From assembly GCA_905612465.1 (NCBI GenBank), contig CAJQSC010000004.1:5443-69442 (forward strand): 64,000 bases of DNA. Reading direction: 5' to 3'. Source of the stretch: an uncultured Candidatus Pelagibacter sp. GTDB taxonomy: Bacteria > Pseudomonadota > Alphaproteobacteria > Pelagibacterales > Pelagibacteraceae. A program made the position numbers and the translations under genes. This document shows positions 63,256 through 64,000 of the stretch, piece after piece (the stretch's first letter is position 1; each line of letters starts with the position of its first letter). Under the pieces are notes generated by a model. The model was not told where the DNA came from. It made no database searches and was given only the letters and a program-made list of their open reading frames with translations.

Positions 63256-64000
63256 ATATTTTATAATCATATTTTTATTCTTTATTAGTAATTCTCTATC
63301 TGAAAATAGTGACTCATTTAAAGAATGGTTAAATAATTTTAGATTATACGCATTAAAAAATAATATTTCTGAGTCAACTTTCGATACAGTAATGTCAGAT
63401 GTTATTTTTTTACCTAAGGTGATAAAGTATGATCGTTTTCAACCTGAATTTTACGAAGATACAAAAACCTATATATCTAAAAGAACCTCTAATCTAAAAG
63501 TAAAACAGGGAATTAAACTTTACAGATTAAATACTAATTTTATAAATTCTATAGATGATAAATATTCAGTAGAAAAAAGTTTATTACTATCGTTGATGGG
63601 TATAGAGACAAACTTTGGAACTTATGTAGGTAAAATGGACATTATATCTTCATTATCAACACTAAGTTTCGACGAAAGAAGATCAGAATTTTTTACAAAG
63701 GAGCTTATTACATTGCTTCAACTCGTTGAGGCTAAAAAAATTAATCATAGAATTTTATATGGATCGTGGGCCGGTGCTTTTGGATATTTTCAATTTATGC
63801 CATCAACAATAAAAGGATATGCTATTGATTATGATAAAAATGATATTATCGAATTAAAATCAATTAAAGACTCTTTTGCATCTGCTGCTAACTATATTAA
63901 TAAAATTGGTTGGAAAAAAAATCAGCCGTGCTTCATAAAGGTAAATTTAACTAAAAATGTGCCTAAAAAATTACTAAATACTTCTGCAAAAAAAATACAT
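63242..64000 (+). CDS. Lytic murein transglycosylase (MltB/SLT_2 family), 5' part; runs off the window
   Basis: My translation from the ATG at 63242: signal peptide, D..QPEF, GIETNFG, GSWAGAFG..QFMPST. Confidence 0.92.
   Translation, partial: MKIIRYFIIIFLFFISNSLSENSDSFKEWLNNFRLYALKNNISESTFDTVMSDVIFLPKVIKYDRFQPEFYEDTKTYISKRTSNLKVKQGIKLYRLNTNFINSIDDKYSVEKSLLLSLMGIETNFGTYVGKMDIISSLSTLSFDERRSEFFTKELITLLQLVEAKKINHRILYGSWAGAFGYFQFMPSTIKGYAIDYDKNDIIELKSIKDSFASAANYINKIGWKKNQPCFIKVNLTKNVPKKLLNTSAKKIH

Overview
AT-rich (about 30% GC by eye), extremely gene-dense alphaproteobacterial chromosome segment. Gene content, gene order and tiny intergenic spacers fit a streamlined SAR11/Pelagibacter-like genome (inference). 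It is mostly core genes: lpxB, gltX, lexA, trpEGDC, ppiD, tpiA-secG-pyrG-kdsA-eno-ftsB-lipA, ispDF, ntrYX-trkAH, aapJQMP, valS-ilvD-manC, xth/erpA, dgt-argS-nagZ-scpAB-tatABC-serS, yajC-secDF, uvrA/ssb-gyrA-coaD-ppi-tgt, recG/sdhE, rarD-mltB, plus five tRNAs (Arg-TCT, Asn-GTT, Cys-GCA, Lys-TTT, Ser-TGA). I saw no mobile element, prophage or CRISPR array. The best candidate for an uncharacterised system is a small metal-homeostasis islet at ~34.0-36.3 kb: a Zur-like repressor with a near-perfect Zur box over its own leaderless promoter, translationally coupled to a 132-aa His-rich 3-TM protein with an intramembrane H/HxxxD site (candidate minimal Zn transporter), beside a divergent small membrane protein and a PiT-like transporter. 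Other leads: a Tgt lacking two of its Zn-binding cysteines, a C-rich structured 5' coding region in pyrG, an unannotated 25-aa membrane ORF, a probable SPOR-less FtsN remnant, a possible dual-start cyclophilin and stacked palindromes upstream of aapJ. All family assignments come from motif recognition and synteny, not from database searches.
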